The notes below the pieces were generated by a model, which saw only the letters and a program-made list of their open reading frames with translations, made no database searches and was not told the DNA's origin. Shown one piece after another: positions 8,160 to 17,118 of a DNA stretch of 42,083 nucleotides. The translations under genes were made by a program, and so were the position numbers. Source of the DNA: Minisyncoccota bacterium (GTDB taxonomy: Bacteria > Patescibacteriota > Minisyncoccia > Phycocordibacterales > DSPV01); contig DATDXL010000001.1 of the NCBI GenBank assembly GCA_036517235.1, forward strand, positions 1 through 42,083, given 5' to 3'. Each line of letters opens with the position of its first letter. The first letter of the stretch is position 1.

Positions 8160-9533
8160 TTATGGCGTGTTCTGATAATGATTCTTTCGTGCCAAACTTG
8201 TAGCATCCTTAACTCCCTCACTCACCTGTATTGGATAATGAAACTCCTTGTGTAGATCAAAAAGTCCTGGAGGAAAAGCCTCGCACTGTTTTATAAAATG
8301 CTCTCGGATTTCCTGTAGGTTCGGTTGCACCTTAACTAAAGCGCCGTCCTCTACGAATTTCTGAAGTAATGCTCCCCCCTCACAAGATTCCTCCTCAAGA
8401 GCAATAATATCTCCAGAAAAAAAGGATCCTGATTTTTTTCTAAAAACCTGTTTTCTCCCTGCATAGGTCTCTTTGTTCTCTGAGAACTTAGCCTTTGGGA
8501 CCCATCCATGCGGCTCTTTTACCTCGGCAATCTTATAGACTATTTCCAACTTCGGTGAATCGGCAGAGGTGACTACATCAGTAACCATTCCATAGAAATC
8601 TATCTTGGAACCCTTACCTTTCAGGTCCGATATTTTATATTCATCAAGATTCGACATCCCAATAATTTTTACATGCTGGAGATTGTGAGTATCCAGCATT
8701 TCACGCGCCATGATGCTTTGCGCCAAAAGATCCCCTGAATCTAGAACGATACCGTGCAATTTCTCTCCTCTCTGCTCCATCTCTTTTGCTACGACAATGA
8801 CATTTTCCACACCTGTTTTGACATCATAGGTATCAACCATCACCGAGCCGAGTGGGTTAGCCGAAAGATAGGCCCGAAATGCATCGATCTCAGTGGGATA
8901 TGAGGATATAAAGAAGTGTGACGCGGTACCTCCATAACTCGGGCTGTCGTACCACTTCTGCGCTAAGAGGAGCGACATATTGGTCATACCGGTGATATAA
9001 CCGCTCCGCGCTATCTTTACCGCTGCCTCAAGCCCCTGGGTGCGTAATTCGCCGACGATAAATCCATTAGGTTTCGCAGAGTGGAAAATGCGTGCAATTT
9101 TTGACGCGATCATAGTCTGGAATCCGACAACGTTGAAAAGTATCGCCTCAAAAAGTTGCAGCTCGACAAGCTTACCCGTAAGCCGCATCAGCGGTTCAAA
9201 GGGGAAACAAATAGTGCCTTCATCGAGACCCCAAATATCTCCCGAGAATCTAAATTTTAAAAAGAACTTCTCTTCCTCTTTGGTAAGCGGAAAAACTGTC
9301 TTAAGCCAGGTTATATCATCAGGAGAGAACTTGAAATTCAGGAGAATCTGAATAGCTTCCTCAAGACCAGCGGCCACAAGATAGTTGCGCCGATGTGGTA
9401 ATTCTTTAACATACAGATCAAACGTAGCTTCTTTGTCGCCATACCCGCTCCTCAGATATGCGAGAATACTGAAAAAGTTGCGGCGAGGAACATAGAGAGC
9501 CATATCCTCATTCGAAATAAGATACTTCAACAT
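8160..9533 (-). CDS. pncB: Nicotinate phosphoribosyltransferase family protein
   Basis: 457 aa. The NAPRTase-like N-terminal domain (ATFDLYVKELP..NYLVAAGLEEAIQ) and overall length fit the family. No search was run. Confidence 0.7.
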   Translation of the reverse strand: MLKYLISNEDMALYVPRRNFFSILAYLRSGYGDKEATFDLYVKELPHRRNYLVAAGLEEAIQILLNFKFSPDDITWLKTVFPLTKEEEKFFLKFRFSGDIWGLDEGTICFPFEPLMRLTGKLVELQLFEAILFNVVGFQTMIASKIARIFHSAKPNGFIVGELRTQGLEAAVKIARSGYITGMTNMSLLLAQKWYDSPSYGGTASHFFISSYPTEIDAFRAYLSANPLGSVMVDTYDVKTGVENVIVVAKEMEQRGEKLHGIVLDSGDLLAQSIMAREMLDTHNLQHVKIIGMSNLDEYKISDLKGKGSKIDFYGMVTDVVTSADSPKLEIVYKIAEVKEPHGWVPKAKFSENKETYAGRKQVFRKKSGSFFSGDIIALEEESCEGGALLQKFVEDGALVKVQPNLQEIREHFIKQCEAFPPGLFDLHKEFHYPIQVSEGVKDATSLARKNHYQNTP

Positions 9534-9555
9534 ACAACTATACTAGCACTTTAAA

Positions 9556-9591
9556 AAATATGAAAAAGGAGCCGACGTGCGTCAGCTCCTT
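9556..9591 (-). terminator. Intrinsic terminator after the LOG-family gene
   Basis: On the minus strand, the stem AAGGAGC...GCTCCTT is followed by TTTCATATTTTTT. Confidence 0.6.
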
Positions 9592-9604
9592 GTGAAAAAC
9601 ATCT

Positions 9605-10198
9605 CTACATTTCCCCATCCGGGCAAACCCACTCAACAGCCTGCCGAGGGGTTTGGGAGGGAATGAACAGGGGTGCGACCTCTTTGGGGAACACTCCCCA
9701 CTTATTGAGCCAATCGCACATGTGAACGTCCCATCCTTCCCCGTACGCGGGGTTGAGAATGGTGAACCTCTTTGGCCTCTCCTTCCAAATCTTGTAGTTG
9801 AGGTTGATGATAGCCATCAACTCCGCAAACGTCCCTGGACCACCGTAGGCGGCAATGATGAATCCGTCAGCTTCGAGCAACCTGCCCAAGCGAAGCCCGT
9901 ATTGTTCCTCGACACTATTGAGGGTCACCACACCTCCGCCGGGAATTAGGAGGGTGCTGCAAGGTACATCAATGTCAAGGAATGAATTGCCAGGTTTATC
10001 GAGCATTGTGTAGCCGAGGGTTTCTCCTCCAGCTTCTTTTGCCCCACGAACTGGAGCTTCCATTCCCGCTCCGCCGAAACCTCCTGTCGCGACTCTGTAG
10101 CCACGCTTCACCAGAAGTCTTCCAACTTCAACCATTGCGTCATACATCGCGTCGCCAGGGGCACCGCTTCCACTTCCGAGACATGCTATTGTTTTCAA
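9605..10198 (-). CDS. LOG / TIGR00725-like Rossmann-fold protein
   Basis: 197 aa with GGFGGAGMEA, PGGGV and GGPGTFAELM motifs typical of the LOG/lysine-decarboxylase-like family. TTG start with AAAGGA 9 nt upstream. Confidence 0.65.
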   Translation of the reverse strand: MKTIACLGSGSGAPGDAMYDAMVEVGRLLVKRGYRVATGGFGGAGMEAPVRGAKEAGGETLGYTMLDKPGNSFLDIDVPCSTLLIPGGGVVTLNSVEEQYGLRLGRLLEADGFIIAAYGGPGTFAELMAIINLNYKIWKERPKRFTILNPAYGEGWDVHMCDWLNKWGVFPKEVAPLFIPSQTPRQAVEWVCPDGEM

Positions 10199-10328
10199 AG
10201 GCCACCGTCCTTTCTTGTGTTGTTTGGTTTATTCAAGAGAAAATGGCTTACTATTTCAAGATAGATAATACAGTATTAATACAATAAAGTCAATACCTTT
10301 TACAAGGTCGGGCCTTGTAAGGAATTTG

Positions 10329-10946
10329 CTACATAGAGAGTCCTGTCAGGAGCCCGAAAAGCAGAGCAATGACTGGGAACAAGAGCCGCCACACAAAAAA
10401 GATAAAAATAAGAACTAATGCAAATGAGTAGCGCTCCAAAAACTCACGGATGTGCTGGAGATGAATCGGTAGAAGGGAAAAGAGGACTTTCGAACCGTCC
10501 AAAGGCGGAATGGGCATGAGGTTGAAAATAGCGAGGACAAGATTGATAAGCACGATGGTTGCGGCAATAGTAATAAATGAAGGTGAAAAAAAGCCGTAGG
10601 CGAATGAAGCACGGATCAAAAGGCCGAATATAATGGCAAGGGCTATGTTAGAAAGAGGGCCTACCGCAGAAACGATCAGCTCTCCATGCCTCTGGTTGCG
10701 AAAATTGTAGGGGTTGACCGGAACCGGCTTCGCCCATCCAAACGTGAATCCCGCAAGCGAGGTGATGATGGGCACTACTATAGAGCCGATCGGATCCAGA
10801 TGCTTTATAGGATTCAATGTAAGACGTCCCGCATAGCGCGCAGTCTGGTCACCCAAAAGAGATGCGGCGTAGCCGTGAGAGACTTCATGAACGACCACGG
10901 ACATGATGAGTATCGCTATTTGAAATATCGTATCTACCGCTTGCAT
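10329..10946 (-). CDS. Site-2 protease (M50) family membrane metalloprotease
   Basis: 205 aa with an HEVSH zinc motif in the first transmembrane segment, multiple transmembrane segments and a PPLDG motif. Confidence 0.8.
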   Translation of the reverse strand: MQAVDTIFQIAILIMSVVVHEVSHGYAASLLGDQTARYAGRLTLNPIKHLDPIGSIVVPIITSLAGFTFGWAKPVPVNPYNFRNQRHGELIVSAVGPLSNIALAIIFGLLIRASFAYGFFSPSFITIAATIVLINLVLAIFNLMPIPPLDGSKVLFSLLPIHLQHIREFLERYSFALVLIFIFFVWRLLFPVIALLFGLLTGLSM

Positions 10947-11120
10947 CCTGTAGTGAAATTTCAGGTTATGTTCGCAAAACGAACACTGTATAACCCGGCT
11001 ATTCTCTAATAAACAACAAAAACGGCTTTGACTTCTTACTTTGTGTCCCCGTAGGGAAAACGACCTGAAATTCTACTACGGGATTGCATTCTTAGAATTC
11101 TATGATACCATATCGCTTCT

Positions 11121-11363
11121 ATGCCATACGTCTGCCCGATTTCCAAAAAAAGTTCTCGCGTCGGCGGCGGCTACAGCAACCGCACACGCGCGACCCAATT
11201 CAATCCGACCGGTATGGTCAGGAAGTATTCCAATTTACAGAAAAAGAGGATTTATGTGCCCGAGCTCAAGAAATTCATAAACGTGAAACTCTCCACTAAT
11301 GCACTCAAGACCATTCAGAAGAATGGCGCGTACGCGACCCTCAAGAAGGCTGGGATAATCTAG
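11121..11363 (+). CDS. rpmB: 50S ribosomal protein L28
   Basis: 80 aa, MPYVCPISKKSSRVGGGYSNRTRATQFNPTG..., the L28 signature. Confidence 0.9.
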   Translation: MPYVCPISKKSSRVGGGYSNRTRATQFNPTGMVRKYSNLQKKRIYVPELKKFINVKLSTNALKTIQKNGAYATLKKAGII

Positions 11364-11461
11364 CGCTCCCATGTTGGTAACAAAAACAACTCAAACCTGG
11401 TCTGGTTTCCCCAATATCTCTTTTCATTTCTAACGAGAGCAGGGAAACTTCTACTTATAGA

Positions 11462-11494
11462 AAGAGCCGCCCTGCTGGGCGGCTCTTTTCTTTT
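11462..11494 (+). terminator. Hairpin plus T run between rpmB and yhhQ
   Basis: AAGAGCCGCCC-tgct-GGGCGGCTCTT followed by TTCTTTT, 19 nt before the yhhQ start. It could be the rpmB terminator or a leader attenuator. Confidence 0.6.
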
Positions 11495-11512
11495 ACTTAT
11501 TATTGTAAAACA

Positions 11513-12160
11513 ATGAACAACATCGCTGACTCTTCGCTTAAAAGACTGCTCATCGCTCTTGCGTTCTACCTCACCTCGCTTTTTTCCGCGAACACGCTGG
11601 GGTTAAAAATAATGCCATTCCTTTTCAACTCGCATCTCTCCGTTGCGGTATTTTCATTCCCTATCGTGTTCCTTATGACTGACGTTGTAGGGGAAGTGTA
11701 TGGAAAACGTATCGCCAGATTATTCGTGCTTGCCGGCTTTGTGAGCACCGCGCTTTTTATAGGATATTCCCTGCTCTCCCTCGCAGTGCCGTGGTCTCCT
11801 GATGGCAAGTGGGCAAAAGAAGGTTACAACCAAATGTTCGGAATCTCGACACGTATCGCGCTCGCATCTCTCGTGGCGTTTCTCATCGCAGAATACCAAG
11901 ATGTGATTTCTTTCTTCTTTCTCCGAAAAAGATTGGGACCAAAATCCTTCTGGTTGCGGTCAACTCTCTCGAACCTATGGTCGCAACTCTTGGATACCAT
12001 CATATTCAGCGCTATCGCGTTCATCGACGTCTATCCTCTTCCCGTTCTCGGGAGTATAAGCGTAACGTGGTGGCTCTACAAAGTAGCGATGGGGGTGCTC
12101 TACATGCCGCTCTCCTATGTCGGTATCAAATTATTGAAAGACAAAACTCAAAACCAATGA
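11513..12160 (+). CDS. yhhQ: Queuosine-precursor transporter family (YhhQ/DUF165) membrane protein
   Basis: 215 aa, polytopic. FPIVFLMTDVVGEVYGKR and the C-terminal YKVAMGVLYMPL pattern fit the Vut_1/YhhQ family. Confidence 0.75.
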   Translation: MNNIADSSLKRLLIALAFYLTSLFSANTLGLKIMPFLFNSHLSVAVFSFPIVFLMTDVVGEVYGKRIARLFVLAGFVSTALFIGYSLLSLAVPWSPDGKWAKEGYNQMFGISTRIALASLVAFLIAEYQDVISFFFLRKRLGPKSFWLRSTLSNLWSQLLDTIIFSAIAFIDVYPLPVLGSISVTWWLYKVAMGVLYMPLSYVGIKLLKDKTQNQ

Positions 12161-12939
12161 ATGTAACGGCTATAAAAACAGGAGTATTTAAGGAAGGAGA
12201 AAACCTAGCTGACTTTGTCATTAGATACATTAGAAACGTAAAAAAAGATAGTGTAATCGTGATAACTTCTAAAATCGTCGCTCTGTCAGAGAACAGAACG
12301 GTGATCATCGAAAACAAGAAGACGAAAGAGAGGGTCATTCGATCAGAAAGTGAATTGGCGATTTCTACCAAGCATGTGTGGCTCACCGTAAAAGACGGAA
12401 TGATTATGGCATCGGCAGGCATCGACGAGTCGAACGCGAATGGAAAATTGATTCTTCTTCCCCAAAATAGCTTCCGGGCTGCTCTTAAACTGCGCAAAGA
12501 GCTCATGAAAATCTACAATGTGAAAAAGCTGGGAGTGCTCATCACCGATAGCCGCACGATGCCGCTTCGAAGCGGCGTCACGGGAGTTGCTTTGGGGTAT
12601 GCAGGTTTCAAAGGACTCCGAGATTATCGTGGCACTCGCGATATTTTCGGACGAGCGTTTAAATTTTCTCAAACAAACGTCGCGGACAGCCTTGCGGCAT
12701 CAGCAGTCTTTCTCATGGGCGAGGGCAACGAACAGCGGCCGTTGGCGATAATAGAAAAATCCAATATTCAATTCTGCGAGAAAGTCTCACGTAAAGAATT
12801 GACCATAAGCCTCAGAGACGATATGTATCGGCCTTTATTTTCTCTAATCTCCAGAAAAACTCTTGACAATAGAAAACAGGAGTGTTATTACTACAGAAAA
12901 TCTACCGTCCAAAACCGAAATGAAAGGAATGATAAGTGA
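12157..12939 (+). CDS. CofE-like (F420-0:gamma-glutamyl ligase family) protein
   Basis: The start ATG overlaps the yhhQ stop (ATGA). Motifs present: ITSKIVALSE, ASAGIDESNANG, LITDSRTMPLRSGVTGVALGYAG and NVADSLAASAVFLMGEG. Confidence 0.75.
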   Translation: MNVTAIKTGVFKEGENLADFVIRYIRNVKKDSVIVITSKIVALSENRTVIIENKKTKERVIRSESELAISTKHVWLTVKDGMIMASAGIDESNANGKLILLPQNSFRAALKLRKELMKIYNVKKLGVLITDSRTMPLRSGVTGVALGYAGFKGLRDYRGTRDIFGRAFKFSQTNVADSLAASAVFLMGEGNEQRPLAIIEKSNIQFCEKVSRKELTISLRDDMYRPLFSLISRKTLDNRKQECYYYRKSTVQNRNERNDK

Positions 12940-13676
12940 AAACAAAACCGACACCCCGACAACAGAAGTTCTTTGAAAGAAACCGCCTGATTCTTCCTGA
13001 AACAGGGGAAGCAGCAGAATCAACCATCCGCTTCATTAACGAAGGAGCGGGAGCAGAATATCTGGACAAGATTAACTTGGTCCGAAGCATTCAAACACAT
13101 ATCGGCTCGACATTGGATACAGGGGAAACTGTTATCCACTTTGTCTTCCTTGGACTCGACGCACGACTCCGAGCCCAATGCCCAGCGTCCGCCTATCTGC
13201 AAAAGCCCGACGGCACAAGAACATCTCGCACCATCGCAAAGTGTAGGGTAGGAGGAATCCCTATGTGGCAAGTAGAAGACAAAAATGCCTTCTTTGAATC
13301 GATCGACTGGACAAGATTTAATGAGTTCAAGCGTCTGATTCTGGAACAAGTTGGAAAACTTGCTGCCGAATTCGCACAGACAAACCCGCAGTGGTCATAC
13401 CGTCGAAATGGCGGCTATTGCGACTGCGAATTCTGGGTTAATCCCCGGAGCACTTCAGTAAAACGCGCGGTGCGTTCAGGATACCCAATATACCGGGGCG
13501 AAAGTCTCGGATACGACATACAGTACGTTCTGCCCACTGATGACGAGCTGCAGAAATTAGGCGAACTCATCGCAGCAATCCCCTTGCCCAACGGGGTGTT
13601 CATCCGCAAACTTCCTACGGATGGAATATGCCAGTACAAAATCACCATCAAGTTCGACCTCTTCAAGAAAGTCTGA
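12936..13676 (+). CDS. Hypothetical protein (246 aa)
   Basis: Long ORF with a GTG start overlapping the upstream stop (GTGA). No recognisable motif. Confidence 0.45.
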   Translation: MKTKPTPRQQKFFERNRLILPETGEAAESTIRFINEGAGAEYLDKINLVRSIQTHIGSTLDTGETVIHFVFLGLDARLRAQCPASAYLQKPDGTRTSRTIAKCRVGGIPMWQVEDKNAFFESIDWTRFNEFKRLILEQVGKLAAEFAQTNPQWSYRRNGGYCDCEFWVNPRSTSVKRAVRSGYPIYRGESLGYDIQYVLPTDDELQKLGELIAAIPLPNGVFIRKLPTDGICQYKITIKFDLFKKV

Positions 13677-13680
13677 ACTC

Positions 13681-13708
13681 AAAGCCGCAACGAGTGTTGC
13701 GGCTTTTT
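13681..13708. terminator. Bidirectional terminator between convergent genes
   Basis: AAAGCCGCAAC-gagt-GTTGCGGCTTT, an 11-bp stem with A and T runs on both flanks. Confidence 0.7.
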
Positions 13709-14571
13709 CATTTCTGCCAAAGTTTTATACCGTCCGTCATAAGCGTAATAGTTCCTAATTCATCGGTGCGCAAGATCTTTGCTCCAGCGACATTGAGCGT
13801 ATCAAGGGTCTCCTGATGGGGATGGCCATAAGAATTTCCTTGGCCGCTTGAAATGACTGCGTATTCCGGAGAAACGGCAGAGACAAAACCCGGAGAAGAC
13901 GATGTGCGCGAGCCGTGGTGAGCAACTTTGAGCACATCGCAGTCGAGCTTCTCGCCATAGAGCTCTACAAGATATTCTTCCACGCCTTTTGTCGTATCGC
14001 CCGTGAGCATAAAGCATGTTTGGCCATAGGTGAGTTTCATAATAAGTGAGCCATCATTGGTGGAAAGCCCAGAGACATCGCGGTCGGGAAATAAAACATC
14101 CAAAATAACGCCGCGCTTTTTATCCAACACTATCCTATCCCCTGCTTTTGGTGTAAAAGGCTCAAGACCTTCCGCAGAAACACCTTTACCGAGTGCCGTG
14201 TAGACGGCTGTAGCCGTGAGCGTCCCTGGCTCAACCTCATTTCCTACATCGTAGCGTTTGAGTACATCCACAAATCCAGCGATGTGGTCTTTGTCGGGGT
14301 TGCTCACGATGAGCATATCAATAGAACGGTCATAGAACGGCATCACACCAGAGAGCTCTCGGAACACTGAGCTATCAGGACCACCGTCAAGGAGCACTTG
14401 CACACCGTTCGGAGCTTCAATAAAAATCGCGTCGCCCTGACCGATATCAAGAACCGATACCGAAAGGATGCCACCACGTTCTTCGTGCCATGCGGCAAAC
14501 CAAAGAAAAATATTGGTTATTAAAAGAAGACCGAAAAGAAACACAGGTAAATATTTTCCAAGATTCTTCAT
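13708..14571 (-). CDS. ComEC-type metallo-beta-lactamase domain protein (stand-alone)
   Basis: 287 aa from the ATG at 14571, with AAGGAGG upstream. It has an N-terminal transmembrane segment, LDIGQGDAIFIE, NPDKDHIAGF, KVAHHGSRTSS and YGHPHQETLD, as in the C-terminal MBL domain of ComEC. Confidence 0.8.
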   Translation of the reverse strand: MKNLGKYLPVFLFGLLLITNIFLWFAAWHEERGGILSVSVLDIGQGDAIFIEAPNGVQVLLDGGPDSSVFRELSGVMPFYDRSIDMLIVSNPDKDHIAGFVDVLKRYDVGNEVEPGTLTATAVYTALGKGVSAEGLEPFTPKAGDRIVLDKKRGVILDVLFPDRDVSGLSTNDGSLIMKLTYGQTCFMLTGDTTKGVEEYLVELYGEKLDCDVLKVAHHGSRTSSSPGFVSAVSPEYAVISSGQGNSYGHPHQETLDTLNVAGAKILRTDELGTITLMTDGIKLWQK

Positions 14572-14630
14572 CCTGAAAGTATACCCCTCCTTTACTTCAA
14601 ACTTCAACAAAAAGAAGTAAGCTTTCAATT

Positions 14631-14664
14631 GTTGACTAATTATCCGTACGGATAATTAGTCAAC
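14631..14664. promoter_or_regulatory. 34-bp perfect palindrome GTTGACTAATTATCCGT/ACGGATAATTAGTCAAC
   Basis: Verified self-complementary. It carries TTGACT in both orientations and lies 60 nt upstream of the MBL-domain gene start. Confidence 0.5.
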
Positions 14665-14668
14665 ATGG

Positions 14669-14702
14669 TCAAAAAAAGAAAACCCCGACATGCGCCGGGG
14701 TT
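14669..14702 (-). terminator. Intrinsic terminator after the 14709..15053 gene
   Basis: On the minus strand, AACCCCG...CGGGGTT is followed by TTCTTTTTTT. Confidence 0.7.
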
Positions 14703-14708
14703 ATAGGT

Positions 14709-15053
14709 TCAAAACTTTCCGAAGAAGCATCTGCCAAGAAGGGCTATTGCTCCCGCAATCAGCCACAACCCACAAAAGAAAAGGGTTGCAAGAAGAGGCC
14801 ATGCAAGCAGACCGTACACAGAACCAAAAACGAAGCCGATGCAGAGACTCACCATCTGACTGACAACCAGCAAGAGGTAGAACGCGAAACGGATACTGCC
14901 GCCTGGAACATATCGAGGTTGGTATGCTCCTATATCGAGCCCGTCCGGAAAATACCTGGACTTGTACCAGAGATACACTTCTGCATAGAGAGAACCCAGT
15001 GCAAAGTCAAAGATCCGGGGTACACCAAACGGCAGCGTCACCGTCCATCCCAA
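14709..15053 (-). CDS. Small membrane protein (114 aa)
   Basis: Two C-terminal hydrophobic helices, with a terminator immediately downstream. Confidence 0.45.
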   Translation of the reverse strand: MGWTVTLPFGVPRIFDFALGSLYAEVYLWYKSRYFPDGLDIGAYQPRYVPGGSIRFAFYLLLVVSQMVSLCIGFVFGSVYGLLAWPLLATLFFCGLWLIAGAIALLGRCFFGKF

Positions 15054-15220
15054 TATAGAGTGAGGTGGTCAAGCACAGGAATGGACCCGTGTACACTTCC
15101 CCACTGGAGCCAAAAAATAAGCGCGAGCGAAGAAATGAGATAGTAGCCAAGAAACAAAAGCTTGGAGTGGGATGGAGCGGCCATAAAGACCGGAGCCGAG
15201 AGAAAACGTTTGAAGTACAT
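15038..15220 (-). CDS. Small membrane protein (60 aa)
   Basis: ATG at 15220 preceded by GAAAGGA. MYFKRFLSAPVFMAAP...LISSLALIFWLQW is hydrophobic. It overlaps the next ORF by 16 nt. Confidence 0.3.
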   Translation of the reverse strand: MYFKRFLSAPVFMAAPSHSKLLFLGYYLISSLALIFWLQWGSVHGSIPVLDHLTLYWDGR

Positions 15221-15321
15221 GCATTTTCCTTTCGTTGTTGGTTTTCCATAACAACTGTACCAAAGCAAGTTCTGTATCGCAAGACACTCTGCAAAAGAGC
15301 GGGCAATCAACAGAAGCCCAG

Positions 15322-15362
15322 AACAAAAAGAAAACTCCTCCGCGGTTGTGCAGGAGGAGTTT
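15322..15362 (-). terminator. Intrinsic terminator after the 15380..15847 gene
   Basis: 10-bp stem AAACTCCTCC/GGAGGAGTTT, with a T-rich tract on the minus strand. Confidence 0.65.
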
Positions 15363-15379
15363 AAAACGGATTGGGGCCG

Positions 15380-15847
15380 CTAGGCACCAGAGAGCCAATC
15401 CCCGACCGAGATATCTCTTCGTGTTGTCAGTTTTACCACTACCCAGACAATCCCAACAACGAGTGCACTGACTAGGTTTGCGACCAGAATCGCAGCGATT
15501 GTCAGTGGGATGAAGAGTAAGCCAAGCAAGCCACCGTGCCAGACTGCAGTGATAGCTCCAGAGCCAGCGCCCAAAATCCAAACGACCATTGAAGGGGTCT
15601 CCCAGAGATACTCCCTCTCTTCAACCACCACGAATAGGAGGTACGTCAACCAGAAAATCGCGAACACGAACAGGGGGAGCGTAACGACATCCCACCAACG
15701 AGACAGGTGGAGTAAAGGTGAAGTGGGAACAGAGGCACCGATGAAGTGCCACACGCCCCAGAACAATGCGGCAAGAATGGCTGCCACCACTGACCAGCGG
15801 TAAGAAATACGCCACGTCTGTAAGACATCGCTATCGTAAAGGTACAT
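15380..15847 (-). CDS. Membrane protein (155 aa, about 4 transmembrane segments)
   Basis: Strongly hydrophobic ORF. I prefer it to the overlapping 15069..15581 ORF because a terminator follows it and a TTGACA-type promoter precedes it. Confidence 0.5.
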   Translation of the reverse strand: MYLYDSDVLQTWRISYRWSVVAAILAALFWGVWHFIGASVPTSPLLHLSRWWDVVTLPLFVFAIFWLTYLLFVVVEEREYLWETPSMVVWILGAGSGAITAVWHGGLLGLLFIPLTIAAILVANLVSALVVGIVWVVVKLTTRRDISVGDWLSGA

Positions 15848-15924
15848 AGTAATCCTTTCATTTTTGGTTTGGAGAACGTTTAATAACAGAGTACGCTTGG
15901 GATCCTACAATGTCAACCCGGTCC

Positions 15925-15990
15925 TAATGAATTTTGGCATCGGACGCTAGCCCCGCGCCTTCGGCGCAATGCCAAAATCTACTACGGGGT
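15925..15990. repeat. Inverted-repeat element, copy A (arms ...TGAATTTTGGCAT / ATGCCAAAATCTACTA...)
   Basis: The 10-bp core arms ATTTTGGCAT/ATGCCAAAAT flank a 28-nt GC-rich spacer that contains the hairpin GCGCC-ttc-GGCGC. A second copy is at 30100..30200. Confidence 0.65.
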
Positions 15991-15995
15991 CAATT

Positions 15996-16004
15996 TGGTA
16001 TAAT
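15996..16004 (+). promoter_or_regulatory. Extended -10 promoter element for the SOD gene
   Basis: TGgTATAAT lies 33 nt upstream of the ATG at 16037. Confidence 0.5.
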
Positions 16005-16036
16005 AGAGAATGAATTTATTAGAAACGTAAAAATCT

Positions 16037-16636
16037 ATGACACCTTTTAAAGAAGCAAAATTCAATATCCCCGAGCTCAAAGGCATTTCAAAGAAAACGA
16101 TAGAAGAACACCTTAAGCTCTACGCGGGCTACGTAAAGCACGCGAATCTCATACTCGAACACATCGACGAGCTCGCGCAGAATGCGGAAAAATATGCCTA
16201 CGAATTGGGCGAGCTTCAGAGGCGATTCTCATTCGAGTTCAACGGCATAGTAAACCATGAATACTACTTTGAATCTCTTTCAGGGGGAACAAAAACGCTT
16301 CCAGAAAAAAGCGAACTCAAAACAATAATCGCGGAGACATGGGGTTCGTTCGATGCATGGCTCAATCGCTTCAAGGCAATCGCGCTCACCCGCGGCATCG
16401 GCTGGGCGATGCTCTACTATGACCCCCTGACCAAGAGGCTTCTCAATGCGTGGGTAGACGAGCAACACCTGGGACAATTGAACGGCTGCAAAACGATTCT
16501 GGCGCTCGACATGTGGGAACACTCATTCGTTGCCGACTATCAGCCAAGCGGGAAAAAGAATTACGTGGAGGATTATTTCCTGAATCTCAACTGGGAAGCA
16601 GAAGAAAAAAACTATAAGCAAGCTGTCGAAGGGTAA
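16037..16636 (+). CDS. Fe/Mn-family superoxide dismutase-like protein
   Basis: 199 aa with a C-terminal DMWEHSF..DY motif and an internal NHEYYF. The ligand-like His/Asp positions are present. The N-terminus is divergent. Confidence 0.7.
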   Translation: MTPFKEAKFNIPELKGISKKTIEEHLKLYAGYVKHANLILEHIDELAQNAEKYAYELGELQRRFSFEFNGIVNHEYYFESLSGGTKTLPEKSELKTIIAETWGSFDAWLNRFKAIALTRGIGWAMLYYDPLTKRLLNAWVDEQHLGQLNGCKTILALDMWEHSFVADYQPSGKKNYVEDYFLNLNWEAEEKNYKQAVEG

Positions 16637-16722
16637 GACTTTCCTGCCCCGTAGCATCCCGAGTCGGGGAGGGATTGCTTCGGGGTTCAGTAATTTGAAT
16701 TGGGACGTCATCGAAAATAATC

Positions 16723-16752
16723 TAAAAAAGCCGCCTCCTAGAGAGGAGGGGC
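16723..16752 (-). terminator. Intrinsic terminator overlapping the stop of the 16738..17118 gene
   Basis: On the minus strand, GCCCCTCC-tctcta-GGAGGCGGC is followed by TTTTTT. Confidence 0.6.
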
Positions 16753-17118
16753 TTGGTGTCTGAGCCATTCGGGACAATCATTCGCGTATGTTTCAAGAAC
16801 TTGATCGGAAAGCCTGAGTACAAACTGGACTCCGCAGTGCTGACAACGTAGTACGGCAATGCCAGCATGGGTGTTCCCGATAAAAGGCGTAAAGCCTACG
16901 ACCGATTGGCGCCAAATAGTAGCGGCGTGACGAGAAAAATCTCCTCTACAGAAGGCGGAGAACTTTCCGCAGTGAGGACATGCAAAGTTCTCAGCAGATT
17001 CCATGGTCTCGTTAGGTTCCACTCCCCATCTGAAAAGGTATTTCTGAATAGTAATGCGTTCTTTTGTCACCTGTGCCTCCTCTGTCCACATAGTCTTCGC
17101 AAAAGAGCGTATTGTCAA
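16738..17118 (-). CDS. Hypothetical zinc-ribbon-like protein
   Basis: 126 aa with CPHCG ... CQHCG cysteine pairs. The start is either a TTG at 17118 that overlaps the comEC stop or the ATG at 17091. Confidence 0.45.
   Translation of the reverse strand: MTIRSFAKTMWTEEAQVTKERITIQKYLFRWGVEPNETMESAENFACPHCGKFSAFCRGDFSRHAATIWRQSVVGFTPFIGNTHAGIAVLRCQHCGVQFVLRLSDQVLETYANDCPEWLRHQAPPL

Noticed and set aside
11364-11512. Possible preQ1-type riboswitch in front of the yhhQ-family transporter
   Set aside because: An A-rich ACAAAAACAACT stretch and a terminator hairpin are present. However, I could not fold the conserved preQ1-I/II stem and loop consensus from the sequence. A covariance-model scan would be needed.
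15069-15581. 170-aa minus-strand ORF overlapping two other ORFs
   Set aside because: It overlaps the more hydrophobic and better delimited 15380..15847 ORF and crosses a strong terminator hairpin (15322..15362). It is probably a frame artefact.
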